The notes: generated from the sequence alone by a model not told the origin. A DNA stretch of 64,000 bases from Ignavibacteriota bacterium (GCA_963811705.1 CAWESL010000005.1:175278-239277); one strand, 5' to 3'. Counted from the first letter of the stretch, positions 37,463-49,653 are shown. Translations and numbers: made by a program.

Positions 37463-38884
37463 CTAAGGAAGATCGGATGCCCCCATAAGATACTTGTCGG
37501 CCCCCTTCGCTGCCTTCCGCCCTTCTGCGATGGCCCACACGACAAGGGATTGGCCTCGCCGCATATCGCCAGCCGAAAAGACACCGGGAACGGTACTCAT
37601 GTAGCTCTCGTCGGTCTTGACGTTTCCTCGCGCGTCAATGGCCACGCCGAGTTTATGCAGCATCCCCTCTTTCGTTGGCCCGGCAAAACCCATCGCCAGG
37701 AGGACGAGATCACCATGCAAGGAAAATTCGGTTCCTTCAATTGGCTCGAAGCGCGGAGGTGGACCGACACGGGCGGCGCGCAGCGCGGTCACATTTCCAT
37801 CGGCATCCCCTTCGAATGCTATCGTCGCTACTGCCCATTCCCGTACGCCCCCCTCTTCGTGCGAACTCTCGGTCCTCAACTGAAGCGGCCACATCGGCCA
37901 TGGGGTGATCGGTGAACGCTGGGCCGGCGGTTGCGGCATAATCTCAAACTGATGAATCGATTTCGCTCTTTGACGGATGCAAGTGCCCAGACAGTCGGCG
38001 CCCGTATCGCCGCCGCCGATGATCACGACGCGTTTCCCAGTCGCGAGGATCTCCACAAATGGATCGATGCGCTCCCCCGCAACCCTGCGGTTCTGCTGCG
38101 GTAGGAAATCCATTGCGAAATGGATTCCCTTCAATTCGCGACCGGGGACCATCAGATCGCGCGGTGCTTCCGAGCCCCCACACAGGAGGATGGCGTCATA
38201 GGTTCTGCGCATCTCTTCAGCACCGATGTTTACGCCGACATGCGTCCGGGTCGAAAACACGATCCCTTCCGCCTGCAATTGCTCCACTCGCCGATCGATC
38301 AGGTGCTTTTCGAGCTTAAAGTCGGGAATGCCATAGCGCAGGAGCCCTCCCAACCGGTCGTTCTTCTCATAGACCGTAACGTGATGTCCTGCGCGGTTGA
38401 GCTGCTGCGCTGCCGCCAGTCCGGAAGGCCCCGATCCGATGACGGCCACGCGTTTCCCGGTTCTGCTCATCGGCGGCTCGGGAACGATCCACCCCATCTT
38501 AAACGCATGATCGACGATTTCCCGTTCAATGACTTTGATCGTCACAGGATCGTCATTGATGCCGAGAACGCATGCGGCTTCGCACGGAGCCGGGCAGATG
38601 CGTCCGGTAAACTCCGGGAAATTGTTTGTGGAATGAAGAATGGCGATCGCTTCCTTCCAGCGGTTGCGGTAGACGAGGTCATTCCAATGCGGAATGACAT
38701 TGTTCACCGGGCAGCCGCTGTGGCAGAACGGAATGCCGCAATCCATGCAGCGCGCCGTCTGCGTCTGCACCTTTTGCGACGGAAATTCAACGTAGACTTC
38801 CTTCCAGTCGCGGGTGCGCTCATCGATCGAACGCCGTTGCGGCAGCTCCCGCGTGAATTCCATGAACCCTGTCGGCTTACCCAT
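37463..38884 (-). CDS. gltD: Glutamate synthase (NADPH) small subunit
   Basis: Fe-S Cys clusters ([23 protein letters not shown]) and FAD/NAD Rossmann motifs ([27 protein letters not shown]). Confidence 0.9.
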   Translation of the reverse strand: MGKPTGFMEFTRELPQRRSIDERTRDWKEVYVEFPSQKVQTQTARCMDCGIPFCHSGCPVNNVIPHWNDLVYRNRWKEAIAILHSTNNFPEFTGRICPAPCEAACVLGINDDPVTIKVIEREIVDHAFKMGWIVPEPPMSRTGKRVAVIGSGPSGLAAAQQLNRAGHHVTVYEKNDRLGGLLRYGIPDFKLEKHLIDRRVEQLQAEGIVFSTRTHVGVNIGAEEMRRTYDAILLCGGSEAPRDLMVPGRELKGIHFAMDFLPQQNRRVAGERIDPFVEILATGKRVVIIGGGDTGADCLGTCIRQRAKSIHQFEIMPQPPAQRSPITPWPMWPLQLRTESSHEEGGVREWAVATIAFEGDADGNVTALRAARVGPPPRFEPIEGTEFSLHGDLVLLAMGFAGPTKEGMLHKLGVAIDARGNVKTDESYMSTVPGVFSAGDMRRGQSLVVWAIAEGRKAAKGADKYLMGASDLP

Positions 38885-41800
38885 GGACCGCCTCCTTCGC
38901 CGTCACCGGCGGCACCGTCCGAATGGCCGGTGTCCGCTCAATTCCGAGAACCCGCTTGTAGTCATGCGGGAACACTTTGACGAACTTCTCGCGCATGACG
39001 TCCCATCGGTCCAAAATGCATTTTCCCCTGGTGCTCCCGGTCGCGGTGATATGGTTGCCGATGAGGTCCTGCACGTTCTTCTCGTCGTCGTCGTTCAAGG
39101 GATCGAGGTCGACGATGCTCCTGTTGCATTTACGCCTTGCGAAATCCCCGGTCTCATCCAGAACGTAGGCGATGCCGCCCGACATGCCTGCAGCGAAATT
39201 ATTGCCGGTCGGACCGAGAACGAGCACGGTTCCATTGGTCATGTATTCGCATCCGTGCGCACCCACGGCCTCCACCACGGCGGTGGCGCCCGAATTCCGG
39301 ACGGCAAAGCGCTCGCCCGCCATCCCGCAGAAATAGGCTTCGCCGCTCGTTGCGCCGTAGAGCACGACATTCCCGACGATGACGTTTTCATTTGGCGTGA
39401 AGCCGGAATTGCGCGGAGGATAGACAATAATCTTGCCGCCGGAGAGTCCCTTCCCGACATAATCGTTCGCGTCTCCTTCGAGAAGCAGGGTAACGCCCCG
39501 GGCGAGAAACGCGCCAAAACTTTGTCCCGCCGAGCCGGCAAGGCGGATGATGATCGTGTCGTCAGGCAGTCCCTGCGACCCGTAGCGCCGCGCGATCTCG
39601 CCGCTCAGCATGGCGCCGATCGTGCGATGGATGTTGCGTACGGGAAGCGAAAGCTTCACCGGCGTTCCAGCTTCCAGCGCGGGCTTCGTCTTGTCAATCA
39701 GTTGATAGTCCATCGACTTTTCGAGACCATGGTTCTGCGGAACCATGCAGCGGCGTGCCACGCGGAGTGGCACCGTCGGCTTGTGAAGGATGGCGGACAG
39801 ATCGATGCCGCGGGCTTTCCAGTGCTCAATCGCCTCCCGGGGCTGGATCATGTCCACACGACCGATCATCTCATCCATCGTCCGGAACCCCATTGCCGCC
39901 ATCTGCTCGCGTACTTCCTCGGCAACGAAAAAGAAGAAGTTGATCACGCGCTCGGGAGTGCCCTGGAACTTCTTCCGCAGGACCGGGTCCTGCGTCGCTA
40001 TGCCGACGGGGCAGGTGTTCAGATGGCATTTCCGCATCATCACGCACCCCATGGCGATAAGCGGAGTCGTGGCGAATCCGAATTCCTCTGCACCCAGCAA
40101 CGCCGCGATAACGACATCGCGGCCGGTCTGGATCTTCCCGTCAGTCTGTATCCTGGTTCGACCTCGCAGATCGTTCAGGAGCAGGACCTGTTGCGCCTCC
40201 GCGATCCCCAGCTCCCACGGGATCCCGGCGTGCTTGATCGATGTCAACGGCGATGCTCCCGTTCCTCCGCTGTCCCCGCTGATGAGGATCCGGTCGGCGT
40301 GCGCTTTCGCGACGCCTGCGGCCACCGTCCCCACCCCCACCTCCGAGACCAGTTTCACCGAGATCTGTGCCTTCGGGTTGACATTCTTCAGATCGAAGAT
40401 CAGCTGGGCAAGGTCTTCGATCGAATAGATGTCGTGGTGCGGCGGCGGAGAAATGAGCCCGACGCCAGGAATCGAATGCCGTGTTTTCGCAATGACCGCA
40501 TCGACCTTGTGGCCCGGCAGTTGTCCGCCCTCACCCGGCTTCGCCCCCTGCGCGATCTTGATCTGGAGCTCGTCCGCATTGATCAGATAGTGCGCGGTAA
40601 CGCCGAACCGTGCGGACGCCACCTGTTTGATGGCGCTTCGACGCGAATCGCCGTTCGCATCCGGTGTGAACCGGCTCTCTTCCTCCCCGCCTTCACCGGT
40701 GTTCGATCGGCCGCCGATCCTGTTCATTGCGATCGCGAGTGTTTCGTGCGCCTCTTTGCTGATCGAACCGAACGACATCGCCCCCGTCACAAACCGCTTG
40801 ACGATCTCTTTGGCGGGCTCAACCTCCTCGATGGGCACCGGATGATCCCCTTGCCGCAGCTCCATCAATCCCCGGAGCGTGTACAGATCCCTGTTCTGGC
40901 GGTTCACGATCTCGGAATATTCCTTGTACGTTGCGTAGTCCGCCCGCAGGACGGCATCCTGCAACTTCGCAATAGTCGCCGGGTTGATCTGGTGACGTTC
41001 ACCGTTGACCCGGAACTGATAGGAGCCGCCGAGGTCGAGCTGCGACTCCGCGTCCGAAACACGCTGAAGGGCATGGTGATGCTTCATCTCCGCTTCCCGG
41101 AGGAGGACGTCGAGCCCGACGCCCTCGATGCGCGAGACGGTCCCGGTGAAGTATTTATCGATGATGGTTTTGTTGAGTCCGATCGCCTCGAAGATCTGGG
41201 CGCCGCGGTAGCTCTGCAGCGTCGAAATGCCCATCTTCGAAAAGACTTTCAAGAGACCTTTGCCCACCGCCTTGATATAGTTGTGCAGAGCCTTTTCGAA
41301 CGAAAGACCTGCGGGGAACAGGTTCTTTTGCGCGAGGTCCTCAAGCGTTTCGATGGCCAGGTAGGGATTGATGGCGCTTGCACCATAGCCAATCAGGAGC
41401 GCGTAATGCATCACTTCCCGCGCTTCCCCTGTTTCGACCACCAGCGCGACCTGTGTGCGGGTCGTTTCCCGCACAAGATGGTTGTGGACCGCTGTCAGGG
41501 CGAGAAGGCTCGGGATGGGAGCGTACTCCTCGTCCATCCCCCGATCCGAAAGAATGATAATCGTATACCCCGATTCAATGGCCAGGCTCGCCCTGCGGCA
41601 CAATCCCGTAAGCGCCCGCTCCAGTTCCTCCGCGCCCTCGTTCACGCGGAACAGCATGGGGAGCGTCGTCGCAAGGAAATCCCCCTGCGATACTCTTCGA
41701 AGCTTCTCCAGATCGCGGTTGGTGACGATCGGATCCCTCAGCTTCAGGGTGTGGCAGTTCTTCGGGGTCTCTTCGAGGATATTGCGTTCCGTTCCGATGT

Positions 41801-43433
41801 AGCTTGTCAGCGACATCACCAGATCTTCCCGGATCGGATCAATGGGCGGATTGGTGACCTGCGCGAAGAGCTGCTTGAAATAATTGAACAACGGTTGCGG
41901 CCTGTCCGACAGGCATGCCAGCGGCGTATCCGCCCCCATGGAGCCAACGGGTTCTTCTCCGTTCTCCGCCATCGGCATCATCAGGATCCGGATGTCCTCT
42001 TCCGTGTATCCGAACGCCCGCTGGCGTTTGAGAATGTCCGCTGGATTAAACGCGTGCTCACGAGGAGGATCCGGGAGCATTTCCATCGTGATTTGATTTT
42101 CCTTGAGCCATGCGCCATACGGTTGACGGCTGCTCAAGGCCGCCTTGATTTCCTCGTCGGGAACCAGCCGCTGCTCGTCCAGATCGACGAGCAACATTTC
42201 CCCCGGCTGAAGGCAGGCCTTGATCTTCACCCGCTCGGGTTCAATCTCCAGGACGCCGGTTTCCGATGCCATGATCACAAGGTCGTCATGCGTGACGAGG
42301 TACCGCGCCGGGCGGAGGCCGTTGCGGTCGAGGGTTGCGCCGATCACACGTCCATCGGTAAAGGCAACCGCAGCAGGACCATCCCAGGGTTCCATGAGCG
42401 ACGCGTGATATTCGTAGAACGCCTTTTTCTCCTCGCTCATGCTCGTGTCTTTGTCCCACGCTTCCGGAATCAACATCGCGAGAGCGTGCGGGAGCGTGCG
42501 ACCCGCCAGGTGCAGGAGCTCCACAACATTGTCGAGGGAGGACGAATCGCTTCCTTTCGCTTCGACGATGGGTATGACCTTGCGGATATCGACGCCGAAC
42601 AGGTCGGACTTCAGGACCGACTGACGTGCGTGCATCCAGTTGACGTTTCCGCGCAGGGTATTGATTTCGCCGTTGTGGCAGATGTAGCGGAACGGGTGCG
42701 CGAGCTGCCAGTTCGGCAGCGTGTTCGTCGAGAAGCGCTGGTGAACGAGGCACAGAGCGCTCTTGGTGGCGGGATCCGAGAGGTCCGAGTAAAAACGTTC
42801 GATCTGAGGCGCCAGCAGCAGTCCTTTGTACACAATGGTGTATGAGGACAGAGACGGGATGTAGAAGAACTCCTTCTCTTTGACGTTGGATTTCTCAATC
42901 TCGCTCTCGATGCGTTTCCGGACCACGTACAGTTTTCGTTCGAACTGATCCTGCGTGAGATCGGGTCCGCTACGGACGAAGATCTGCTCGATATAGGGTT
43001 GTGTTGCCCGCGCGATACGTCCGATCGCGTCCGCCTCAATCGGGGTGTCACGCCAGCCGATCACCGTGAGGTTCTCCTCCTGAACGACCCGGTCGATAAT
43101 CCCTTCGCACTGGAGCCGTGATTGCGGTTCGACCGGGAGAAAAATCATCCCCACGCCATATTGCCCGGGCCCCGGCAGAGAAAAACCGAATTGTTTGCAC
43201 TCCTTGAGGAAGAACTCGTGGGGAATCTGAATCGTTACCCCCGCTCCGTCTCCTGTTTCCGGATCGCTTCCGCTCGCCCCTCGGTGGGTGAGGTTGATCA
43301 GGATCCTGATCCCCTGGGTGACAATTTCGTGTGATTTTTCGCCCTTGACGTTGACGATGAATCCCAGACCGCACGCATCGTGTTCGTTTCGAGGATCATA
43401 CAGTGGAAAATCGTCCCAGAATGGGTTCTTCAT
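38877..43433 (-). CDS. gltB: Glutamate synthase large subunit
   Basis: Ntn amidotransferase start (…[10 protein letters not shown]), FMN/central and GXGXG C-terminal domains; start set at MKNPFWDD (43433); overlaps gltD by 8 nt. Confidence 0.9.
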   Translation of the reverse strand: MKNPFWDDFPLYDPRNEHDACGLGFIVNVKGEKSHEIVTQGIRILINLTHRGASGSDPETGDGAGVTIQIPHEFFLKECKQFGFSLPGPGQYGVGMIFLPVEPQSRLQCEGIIDRVVQEENLTVIGWRDTPIEADAIGRIARATQPYIEQIFVRSGPDLTQDQFERKLYVVRKRIESEIEKSNVKEKEFFYIPSLSSYTIVYKGLLLAPQIERFYSDLSDPATKSALCLVHQRFSTNTLPNWQLAHPFRYICHNGEINTLRGNVNWMHARQSVLKSDLFGVDIRKVIPIVEAKGSDSSSLDNVVELLHLAGRTLPHALAMLIPEAWDKDTSMSEEKKAFYEYHASLMEPWDGPAAVAFTDGRVIGATLDRNGLRPARYLVTHDDLVIMASETGVLEIEPERVKIKACLQPGEMLLVDLDEQRLVPDEEIKAALSSRQPYGAWLKENQITMEMLPDPPREHAFNPADILKRQRAFGYTEEDIRILMMPMAENGEEPVGSMGADTPLACLSDRPQPLFNYFKQLFAQVTNPPIDPIREDLVMSLTSYIGTERNILEETPKNCHTLKLRDPIVTNRDLEKLRRVSQGDFLATTLPMLFRVNEGAEELERALTGLCRRASLAIESGYTIIILSDRGMDEEYAPIPSLLALTAVHNHLVRETTRTQVALVVETGEAREVMHYALLIGYGASAINPYLAIETLEDLAQKNLFPAGLSFEKALHNYIKAVGKGLLKVFSKMGISTLQSYRGAQIFEAIGLNKTIIDKYFTGTVSRIEGVGLDVLLREAEMKHHHALQRVSDAESQLDLGGSYQFRVNGERHQINPATIAKLQDAVLRADYATYKEYSEIVNRQNRDLYTLRGLMELRQGDHPVPIEEVEPAKEIVKRFVTGAMSFGSISKEAHETLAIAMNRIGGRSNTGEGGEEESRFTPDANGDSRRSAIKQVASARFGVTAHYLINADELQIKIAQGAKPGEGGQLPGHKVDAVIAKTRHSIPGVGLISPPPHHDIYSIEDLAQLIFDLKNVNPKAQISVKLVSEVGVGTVAAGVAKAHADRILISGDSGGTGASPLTSIKHAGIPWELGIAEAQQVLLLNDLRGRTRIQTDGKIQTGRDVVIAALLGAEEFGFATTPLIAMGCVMMRKCHLNTCPVGIATQDPVLRKKFQGTPERVINFFFFVAEEVREQMAAMGFRTMDEMIGRVDMIQPREAIEHWKARGIDLSAILHKPTVPLRVARRCMVPQNHGLEKSMDYQLIDKTKPALEAGTPVKLSLPVRNIHRTIGAMLSGEIARRYGSQGLPDDTIIIRLAGSAGQSFGAFLARGVTLLLEGDANDYVGKGLSGGKIIVYPPRNSGFTPNENVIVGNVVLYGATSGEAYFCGMAGERFAVRNSGATAVVEAVGAHGCEYMTNGTVLVLGPTGNNFAAGMSGGIAYVLDETGDFARRKCNRSIVDLDPLNDDDEKNVQDLIGNHITATGSTRGKCILDRWDVMREKFVKVFPHDYKRVLGIERTPAIRTVPPVTAKEAVHG

Positions 43434-43628
43434 GACACTTGCCTCTTGAGAGAATGCCGCGTCCGGATTCGCTTCCCTTTGTATGCAAAAATGCTTGATC
43501 GGCTTAAGAAACGAAAGCCAGACCAAGCTGGAGGTTTACCAAAGTGAGGTCGGAGCGGCCGATACGGCACTAAATTTAATCTACGAGTTCCGCAATGAAA
43601 CGCAAGCGATCGGCGGGATCACCTTCCT

Positions 43629-44948
43629 TCAATCGAAAAGTCGCAGTTTCTTGTCAACGGTTCCCCTTCGCGATTTCCCCATGATCCAGACGAATGCCAG
43701 ACCCGCCAATCCTGTCACGACCGCAACGAGCGCCAGAAAACCGACAAACGGCAAAATCGCGACTGACATCACGAGCGAAATCCACGCAAAGATCTTATGT
43801 CCGGCCTTCCCTTCCAGCAGTTTGATTCCGCTGGCAGACCCGATGATGTAGACCAGGATGGCCGCTCCGCTCGGGATCAAGAGTGCGTCCTGCAGATTCA
43901 TCCCCGTCACATAGTAGAGTCCCAACATGACCATCGCCATGCTGAAAAGCATGATCAGGCTCCGGTCGGGAACGCCGCTCCTCGCATGGAGATGCGCCAG
44001 GGAACGGGGAAAGCCGCCGTCTTTGGCAACCGCATAGATCACCCGGGACATCCCTGCGGTGTAAGCATTGGCGGCACCGAATATAATAAACAGCGCGAGG
44101 ATCGCGGTCGCCAACGCCCCATAGCGCCCGAAAACGTTTGCAAAGATCGCCGCGAACGGCGCAACGCTTCCACCCGCCGTGTATGCCCCGGTTCCCACAG
44201 TGACAGTCGCCACGGCGACGTACAACAGTCCGATCAGGAGCACGCTCAGTTGGATGCTCCTTCGAAAATCGCGTTTAGGATTCTCGAACTCTTCTGCGAT
44301 ATTCGAGACGTTCTCGTACCCGAGGAATGACCAGAAGATGAGCGCTGCCGCGGTGCCGACCGGAAGAAGCCCGTGCGGCAGGAACGGGACAAACCTCTCC
44401 CGCTGGATCAATCCCACGGAAAATGCCACCGCTGCCACAAGCAAGATGAGAATGGCGACGACGACAGCAAGCTGCACACGGTTGCTGAACGTAATCCCGC
44501 GATAGTTGATGACGAACGCCAGAAGGATCACCCCGGCGGCGATCACGTAGCTTTCACCCCTCGCCATCGGCACAGCGTACGAGATATAGGAAGCGGCGAT
44601 AAGGGTCACCGCGGGCGCCCCGGAAACAAACCAGAGGGCAAAGAGCCAGCCAACGACTGTGGCAATCCCCGGGCCGAAACTTTCCCTTGCGAAGGCGTAG
44701 ACACCGCCCGACTCGGGACGTCTGGCAGAAAGGGAGGCGAACGTCGAGGCAAAGGGGTAGCTCGCAAGACTCAGAACGACCCATGCGATGAGCGAGGCCG
44801 GTCCGGCGATCTGCGCGGCGAGTCCGGGCAACACAAGCACTCCCGACCCGAGGACGGAGCTGATGTAGAGCGCAACCGCATGCCGCAACCGAATCGTTTT
44901 CCTGAATTGTGGCTCGCGTTCGTCGAGTGTTACCGTGACATCCTGCAT
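43629..44948 (-). CDS. APC-family amino acid permease
   Basis: 439 aa, 12 predicted TM helices, APC-like N-terminal consensus. Confidence 0.8.
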   Translation of the reverse strand: MQDVTVTLDEREPQFRKTIRLRHAVALYISSVLGSGVLVLPGLAAQIAGPASLIAWVVLSLASYPFASTFASLSARRPESGGVYAFARESFGPGIATVVGWLFALWFVSGAPAVTLIAASYISYAVPMARGESYVIAAGVILLAFVINYRGITFSNRVQLAVVVAILILLVAAVAFSVGLIQRERFVPFLPHGLLPVGTAAALIFWSFLGYENVSNIAEEFENPKRDFRRSIQLSVLLIGLLYVAVATVTVGTGAYTAGGSVAPFAAIFANVFGRYGALATAILALFIIFGAANAYTAGMSRVIYAVAKDGGFPRSLAHLHARSGVPDRSLIMLFSMAMVMLGLYYVTGMNLQDALLIPSGAAILVYIIGSASGIKLLEGKAGHKIFAWISLVMSVAILPFVGFLALVAVVTGLAGLAFVWIMGKSRRGTVDKKLRLFD

Positions 44949-45133
44949 TCGTCACCAGGTGTTGGGGTACGGGGGTTCATTTTTCCAACATCCGCTGGAG
45001 GAGCCGCCGTTCCCTGTTTTTGTCAAGAACGCTCAATTGCGTTCGATACCCCCCATGCCTTCACGCAAATGGGCCCCGGGTTGAACGCGTACCCTCTTCT
45101 TGTGAAAAAGTCTTCCTTCTTTTACTATATTGG

Positions 45134-46342
45134 AAAATGGAAAACAGTGCGAAAATAGCGACCACGATGACCCTGGAAAATCGGTACGAAAAGCTGATCA
45201 AGTACCTCACGGACTACATCTACACGGTGACGATCCGCGACGGCGTTGCGGCAGAAACCTATCATGGACCCGGCTGCCTTGCGGTAACCGGCTATACGTC
45301 GGACGACTACAAAGCCGATCCTGACCTCTGGTCAAAAATGGTCCCACGGGTAGACCGGGACAATGTCCTTGCGCAAGCCACCGTCGCCCTGTCCGGTCAA
45401 GATGTCCCTCCTCTCGAGCACCGGATTATTCACCGGGACGGAACGACGCGCTGGATCCGCAATACGATTGTGGTGACCAAGAACGACTCCGGAACCCCCG
45501 TCGCCTATGACGGTCTGATCAATGACATCACGGAACGCAAACGGCGGGAACTTGATGAAGCGGTCCGAAGCCAGCAACTGATTCAGGCGGACAAGATGGC
45601 CTCCCTGGGGATCCTTGTATCCGGTATCGCCCATGAAATCAATAATCCGAACAACTTCATCCAACTCAACGGACGCCTGTTTTCGAGGATCTGGACTGAC
45701 ATCGTGCCCATCCTGGACGAGTACCTGCACGCGAACGGCGATTTCAGCATCGCAGGAATGTCGTATGATTCATCCCGTGAGAAGCTCGCCCACTCCCTTG
45801 AAGGGATTCTGAAGGGTTCGGACCGGATCCAGAATATCACCCGGAGCCTCACCGATTACGCCAAACATGACGGCGCCACGCGCAACGAATCCGTCGACAT
45901 CAATCACGTTGTTGGCTTGGCCATTGAAATTGCCGGCAACCTGATCAGGGAGTCCACAGAGGACTTTCGTGTCGATTACGGGAGCGACGTTCCGGCGATC
46001 AAAGGGAATGCCCAACAACTGGAACAGGTGATCATCAATCTGATCACTAACGCGTGCCAGTCGCTGCGAACAACGGCGGACGAAATCCGGGTCACGACAT
46101 CGTTCCACAAAGAACGGAATGAGGTGCGGGTGGCCATCGTTGATCGTGGAGGCGGCATCAGAGAGACGGACCTGAAGCACATCATGGATCCGTTTTTCAC
46201 CACCCGGCGCGACAAGGGGGGCACGGGCCTGGGTCTCTCCGTGTCGCTCAATATCGTAAAAAGCCACGGTGGACGCATCGTTTTGACCAGCGAACCCGGG
46301 AAAGGGACAATCGCGAAAGTGTATCTCCCGGTGATGCAATGA
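45134..46342 (+). CDS. Cytoplasmic PAS-domain sensor histidine kinase (NtrB-like)
   Basis: PAS region; H-box GIAHEINNP; HATPase N, G1 and G2 boxes (NLITNA, DRGGGI, GTGLGLS); start set at MENSAKI. Confidence 0.85.
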   Translation, partial: KMENSAKIATTMTLENRYEKLIKYLTDYIYTVTIRDGVAAETYHGPGCLAVTGYTSDDYKADPDLWSKMVPRVDRDNVLAQATVALSGQDVPPLEHRIIHRDGTTRWIRNTIVVTKNDSGTPVAYDGLINDITERKRRELDEAVRSQQLIQADKMASLGILVSGIAHEINNPNNFIQLNGRLFSRIWTDIVPILDEYLHANGDFSIAGMSYDSSREKLAHSLEGILKGSDRIQNITRSLTDYAKHDGATRNESVDINHVVGLAIEIAGNLIRESTEDFRVDYGSDVPAIKGNAQQLEQVIINLITNACQSLRTTADEIRVTTSFHKERNEVRVAIVDRGGGIRETDLKHIMDPFFTTRRDKGGTGLGLSVSLNIVKSHGGRIVLTSEPGKGTIAKVYLPVMQ

Positions 46343-47778
46343 ATGCAAAGATCAACCCCGCTCACCCGATCCTCTTCGTCGACGATGAGGAACATTACCT
46401 CCTCAGCGTCGAGCTGGCGATGTCCTCGAATGGGATAACGAATATCGAGACGTGTCGGGATAGCCGCCTCGTCCTCGACATGCTTTCCCGGAAGGCGTAT
46501 TCTCTCGTCGTTCTCGACATTACCATGCCGCACCTTTCCGGCGGACAGCTCTTGCCGCAGATCGTGGACCGACACCCCGAGGTGAATGTCATCATGGTGA
46601 CCGCCGTCAACGACGTCGCAAGTGCCGTGGCGTGCATGCAAAACGGGGCCTTCGATTATCTCCTAAAACCGATCGATGAAACCCGGTTGGTCGCAGCCGT
46701 GAAGCACGGCCTCGAACTCACCGAGGTCCGGGCGGAGAATGCGATGTTGAAGGAATCGTTCCTTCGCGAATCCGTCGAACACCCGAAAGCATTCGCCCCC
46801 ATCATTACCCGGTCTCCGGGTATGCAGTCGCTCTTCAAGTATATCGAGGCCGTGGCCCCGACGGACCTTCCCATCCTGATTACGGGAGAGACAGGAACCG
46901 GAAAAGAACTCTTTGCACACGCGATCCATGCAGCAGGAGGAGCGAAAGGGCAACTTGTCTCGGTCAACGTTGCGGGAGTCGACGACAATCTCTTCTCGGA
47001 CACCTTGTTCGGCCACAGGAAAGGGGCGTTCACAGGTGCGGATGCAGAACGAAAGGGAATGATCGAGAAGGCAGACAGCGGAACGCTCTTTCTCGACGAG
47101 ATCGGAGACCTCAGCATCGAGTCGCAAGTGAAACTCCTCCGCCTCCTGCAGGACGGTCAGTACTATCCGCTCGGCTCAGACATCGCACGCCTCTCTAATG
47201 CACGGATTGTCGTTGCAACTCACCAGGACATTCACCGACTGAAGACCCAGGGAACATTCCGTCAGGATCTCTACTATCGGCTCAAGTCCCATCATATCAA
47301 TATACCACCCCTGCGCGAGCGCAGATCGGATATCCCGTACCTGATCGATCACTTTCTTGCCGAAGGATCAAACGCCCTTCAAAAGAAGCGGCCGACGGTT
47401 CCGAGAGAACTCTACCCGTTGCTGGGCAATTACGACTATCCGGGCAACGTCCGTGAATTGCAGGGGATGATTTTCGACGCTCTGAGCAGGCATACGTCGG
47501 GCATCCTCTCGCTTGAGTCGTTTCGACGAACGATCAACGCGGATCGCTCTGTCGCCAACGGCAGTCTCCCGGGGCTGAGTACCGATCAATCCGCCGCCGA
47601 CGCACTGTCCTCGCTGGGCAGCCGCTTCCCGACGCTGTCGGAGATGGAAGACGCGATGATTGCCGAAGCACTCTTGAGGGCGGAAAACAATCAGACAATC
47701 GCCGCGGAAATGCTCGGCATCTCACGACGGGCACTGAACAACCGCCTTCAGCGAAGACCCCCCTCTGACCTTCGATAA
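46339..47778 (+). CDS. Sigma-54-dependent response regulator (NtrC family)
   Basis: Receiver domain (FVDDEE…VLDITMP); AAA+ sigma-54 interaction domain with Walker A GETGTGKE and GAFTGA; C-terminal HTH; start overlaps kinase stop. Confidence 0.9.
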   Translation: MNAKINPAHPILFVDDEEHYLLSVELAMSSNGITNIETCRDSRLVLDMLSRKAYSLVVLDITMPHLSGGQLLPQIVDRHPEVNVIMVTAVNDVASAVACMQNGAFDYLLKPIDETRLVAAVKHGLELTEVRAENAMLKESFLRESVEHPKAFAPIITRSPGMQSLFKYIEAVAPTDLPILITGETGTGKELFAHAIHAAGGAKGQLVSVNVAGVDDNLFSDTLFGHRKGAFTGADAERKGMIEKADSGTLFLDEIGDLSIESQVKLLRLLQDGQYYPLGSDIARLSNARIVVATHQDIHRLKTQGTFRQDLYYRLKSHHINIPPLRERRSDIPYLIDHFLAEGSNALQKKRPTVPRELYPLLGNYDYPGNVRELQGMIFDALSRHTSGILSLESFRRTINADRSVANGSLPGLSTDQSAADALSSLGSRFPTLSEMEDAMIAEALLRAENNQTIAAEMLGISRRALNNRLQRRPPSDLR

Positions 47779-47880
47779 CCCCCCGAAACCCCTGCCACGT
47801 TTCAGCATCGCTCCACTCATGTGACATCGGTCCAACCTGCTGCACCATCGCGTCTTGCGGCGATGAGATGATTCCCAGTT

Positions 47881-47896
47881 GTTCATTTTGTGGCAC
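47881..47896 (+). promoter_or_regulatory. Candidate sigma-54 (-24/-12) promoter TGGCAC-N5-TGGCT
   Basis: TGGCACccctTTGGCT; one mismatch to TGGCAC-N5-TTGCW; ~145 nt upstream of the 48043 gene. Confidence 0.35.
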
Positions 47897-48042
47897 CCCT
47901 TTGGCTGTTTCATTTTCGACAGTCTACGGGCGCCGTCGTTGATAGGCAACGAGTTACAGAAGGTCACTGGTGTTGGCATTCTTTTCGCTAAACTCTCGTT
48001 CAAGCGAATCAAACGAATCACCAAACGCAACAAGGAGGGTAT

Positions 48043-48471
48043 ATGCGACGGAGAGCACGAACGCTGTGGCCGGTGGCGATCCTGGCACTTTCATTATCAG
48101 TAAGTGCCCTGGGGCAGACCAGGACGGTACCGAAAGTGCGTGATCATCACAAGCTCATGTTGATCCTGGAGTATTCCCTGAAGAGCGATATTCCGGGAAT
48201 CGTCGAATCAACGATCTACGATATGATCCAGTACAAGAGCTACTATCCAAAGCAGAATTTTTCACGCTTGATTTCCGATCTCAACGACCTGTCGGCGTCA
48301 TGCAGGGACTCTGCGATCAGCTACAAAGCTCATCTGGCGAGCATGTACCTCAGCTATGGTTCGAGCCTCGACAACGGCAGCGCGTTCGATCCGAGCGACC
48401 ACGAGCGGGCATTTCAACTTGCTTCGGACCAGTTGTCGCGGAAGTTCCTCTTCACCCACGCCACGGAGTGA
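48043..48471 (+). CDS. Hypothetical secreted protein
   Basis: SD AAGGAGGG; signal peptide MRRRARTLWPVAILALSLSVSALGQ. Confidence 0.5.
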   Translation: MRRRARTLWPVAILALSLSVSALGQTRTVPKVRDHHKLMLILEYSLKSDIPGIVESTIYDMIQYKSYYPKQNFSRLISDLNDLSASCRDSAISYKAHLASMYLSYGSSLDNGSAFDPSDHERAFQLASDQLSRKFLFTHATE

Positions 48472-48672
48472 TGGTCGAGAGGGGTTGCGGAAGAGTGGAC
48501 GTGATGCGATAGGCTACAAGGAGCAGAATATTTCTCTCCGGAAATGTCTGCTCCTTGTCTGCTTCCCTATCCTTCGAGCATGGCACGCTTACCTGCCGGG
48601 CTCCCATTTGTCTAAATGCAATGGTCCCCGATGTGACCTTCACATCGTCGCCCTGCACCATGGCATTCCCGG

Positions 48673-49443
48673 TCAGAACGATCGAGAGCGAATCGGAGGA
48701 ATAGGCGACGCGCTCGCCAGAGAAGTGGATGATCGTACGGTTTCCATCACCTTGAGTCGATAGAACATTGAATCACTGGGTCGGGTCGGTTCCCCACGCT
48801 CGTGGGTTGCCCCTGTATCGAATCTGCACTCAATACCGATCCAACCAGCGCCACCCAAAGAACGATCCGGGTCAGACTTCGAAGGTACGGTGACGTACGG
48901 TCTCCATGGAATGTTGATGAATCCTGCGTACACCTACTCCTGGTCCAGAACATCCGGAACTCTGGGCACAATGCGCTCCTGAAGGATGTCGACCCAGCCG
49001 ACAAAGACATAGTCGGGTCCAGCGATTGCCGATGAGGTAATGCACGTGGTCTTGTGCTCTGGTCCGACCGCAACAAACCGCAACGATCCCAGCGGGTCCA
49101 TTCCGGCGTCGGATTGGAGTTGCCCGACGGCCCATCGCGTCGACGATCTCGTAAATTCGAGCATGGCCCGAATCATATCGTCATCAAGGGAATCGTCGCC
49201 AAGCACCGCAGCAGGGAGAATCGAGGGTAAAATGTAGAGATGCATCACTGTGATTCCGTCAGCTCGCTGTGGGGTAAATGCCCGGGCACGCCGCCAAATC
49301 CTCGAAATCACCTGGACGTCGACAGAGTGAAATGTAGACTTCCCGGGTTCCGCAGTCAAGGTCGAGAGCGAAAAAGAGGATCCGGCTTCCCATCCAAATG
49401 GGAGGACTGCGGGAATCCCGCATGCGCCCTTGAAATTGAACAA
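48673..49443 (-). pseudogene. Hypothetical gene interrupted by an in-frame TAG (48934-48936)
   Basis: ORFs 48934..49443 and 48673..48933 are in the same frame, separated only by TAG. Confidence 0.3.
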
Positions 49444-49653
49444 GCGCGGAGCTACCTTGGTACAGCCAATCCTATCAGTTCCTCGCTTTCAGCATCCGAA
49501 GGGTGATACTGATCTTCGTGTCATCGGCGGATGAAGCGCATCAACTATCGGGGGGCATCTCCCCCACGCTTCCGTAAGATCTTCACCCGTTCTCTTCCAC
49601 GAGCTTGCTCTCCTCTTCTCATCATGCCACGAACAATCCGTAAGGAATGAGAA

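Noticed and set aside
38814-42845. 1343-aa plus-strand ORF
   Set aside because: Antisense to the clearly homologous gltB. Its translation is Arg/His/Pro-rich low complexity, typical of a high-GC antisense frame. The same reasoning applies to 3292..4683 (antisense to M28 peptidase), 9227..10336 and 9483..10637 (antisense to apt/crotonase), 204..701, 11570..12163, 14737..15750, 16768..17574, 22504..23331, 23427..24380, 24521..25336, 26816..27601, 28337..29164, 32546..33757, 38120..38980, 54911..56155, 44373..45158 and 45770..46348 / 45976..46641.
43434-43640. Sigma-54 promoter upstream of gltB
   Set aside because: No TGGCAC-N5-TTGC match on the coding-strand orientation was found by inspection. 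This needs a PWM scan to be definitive.
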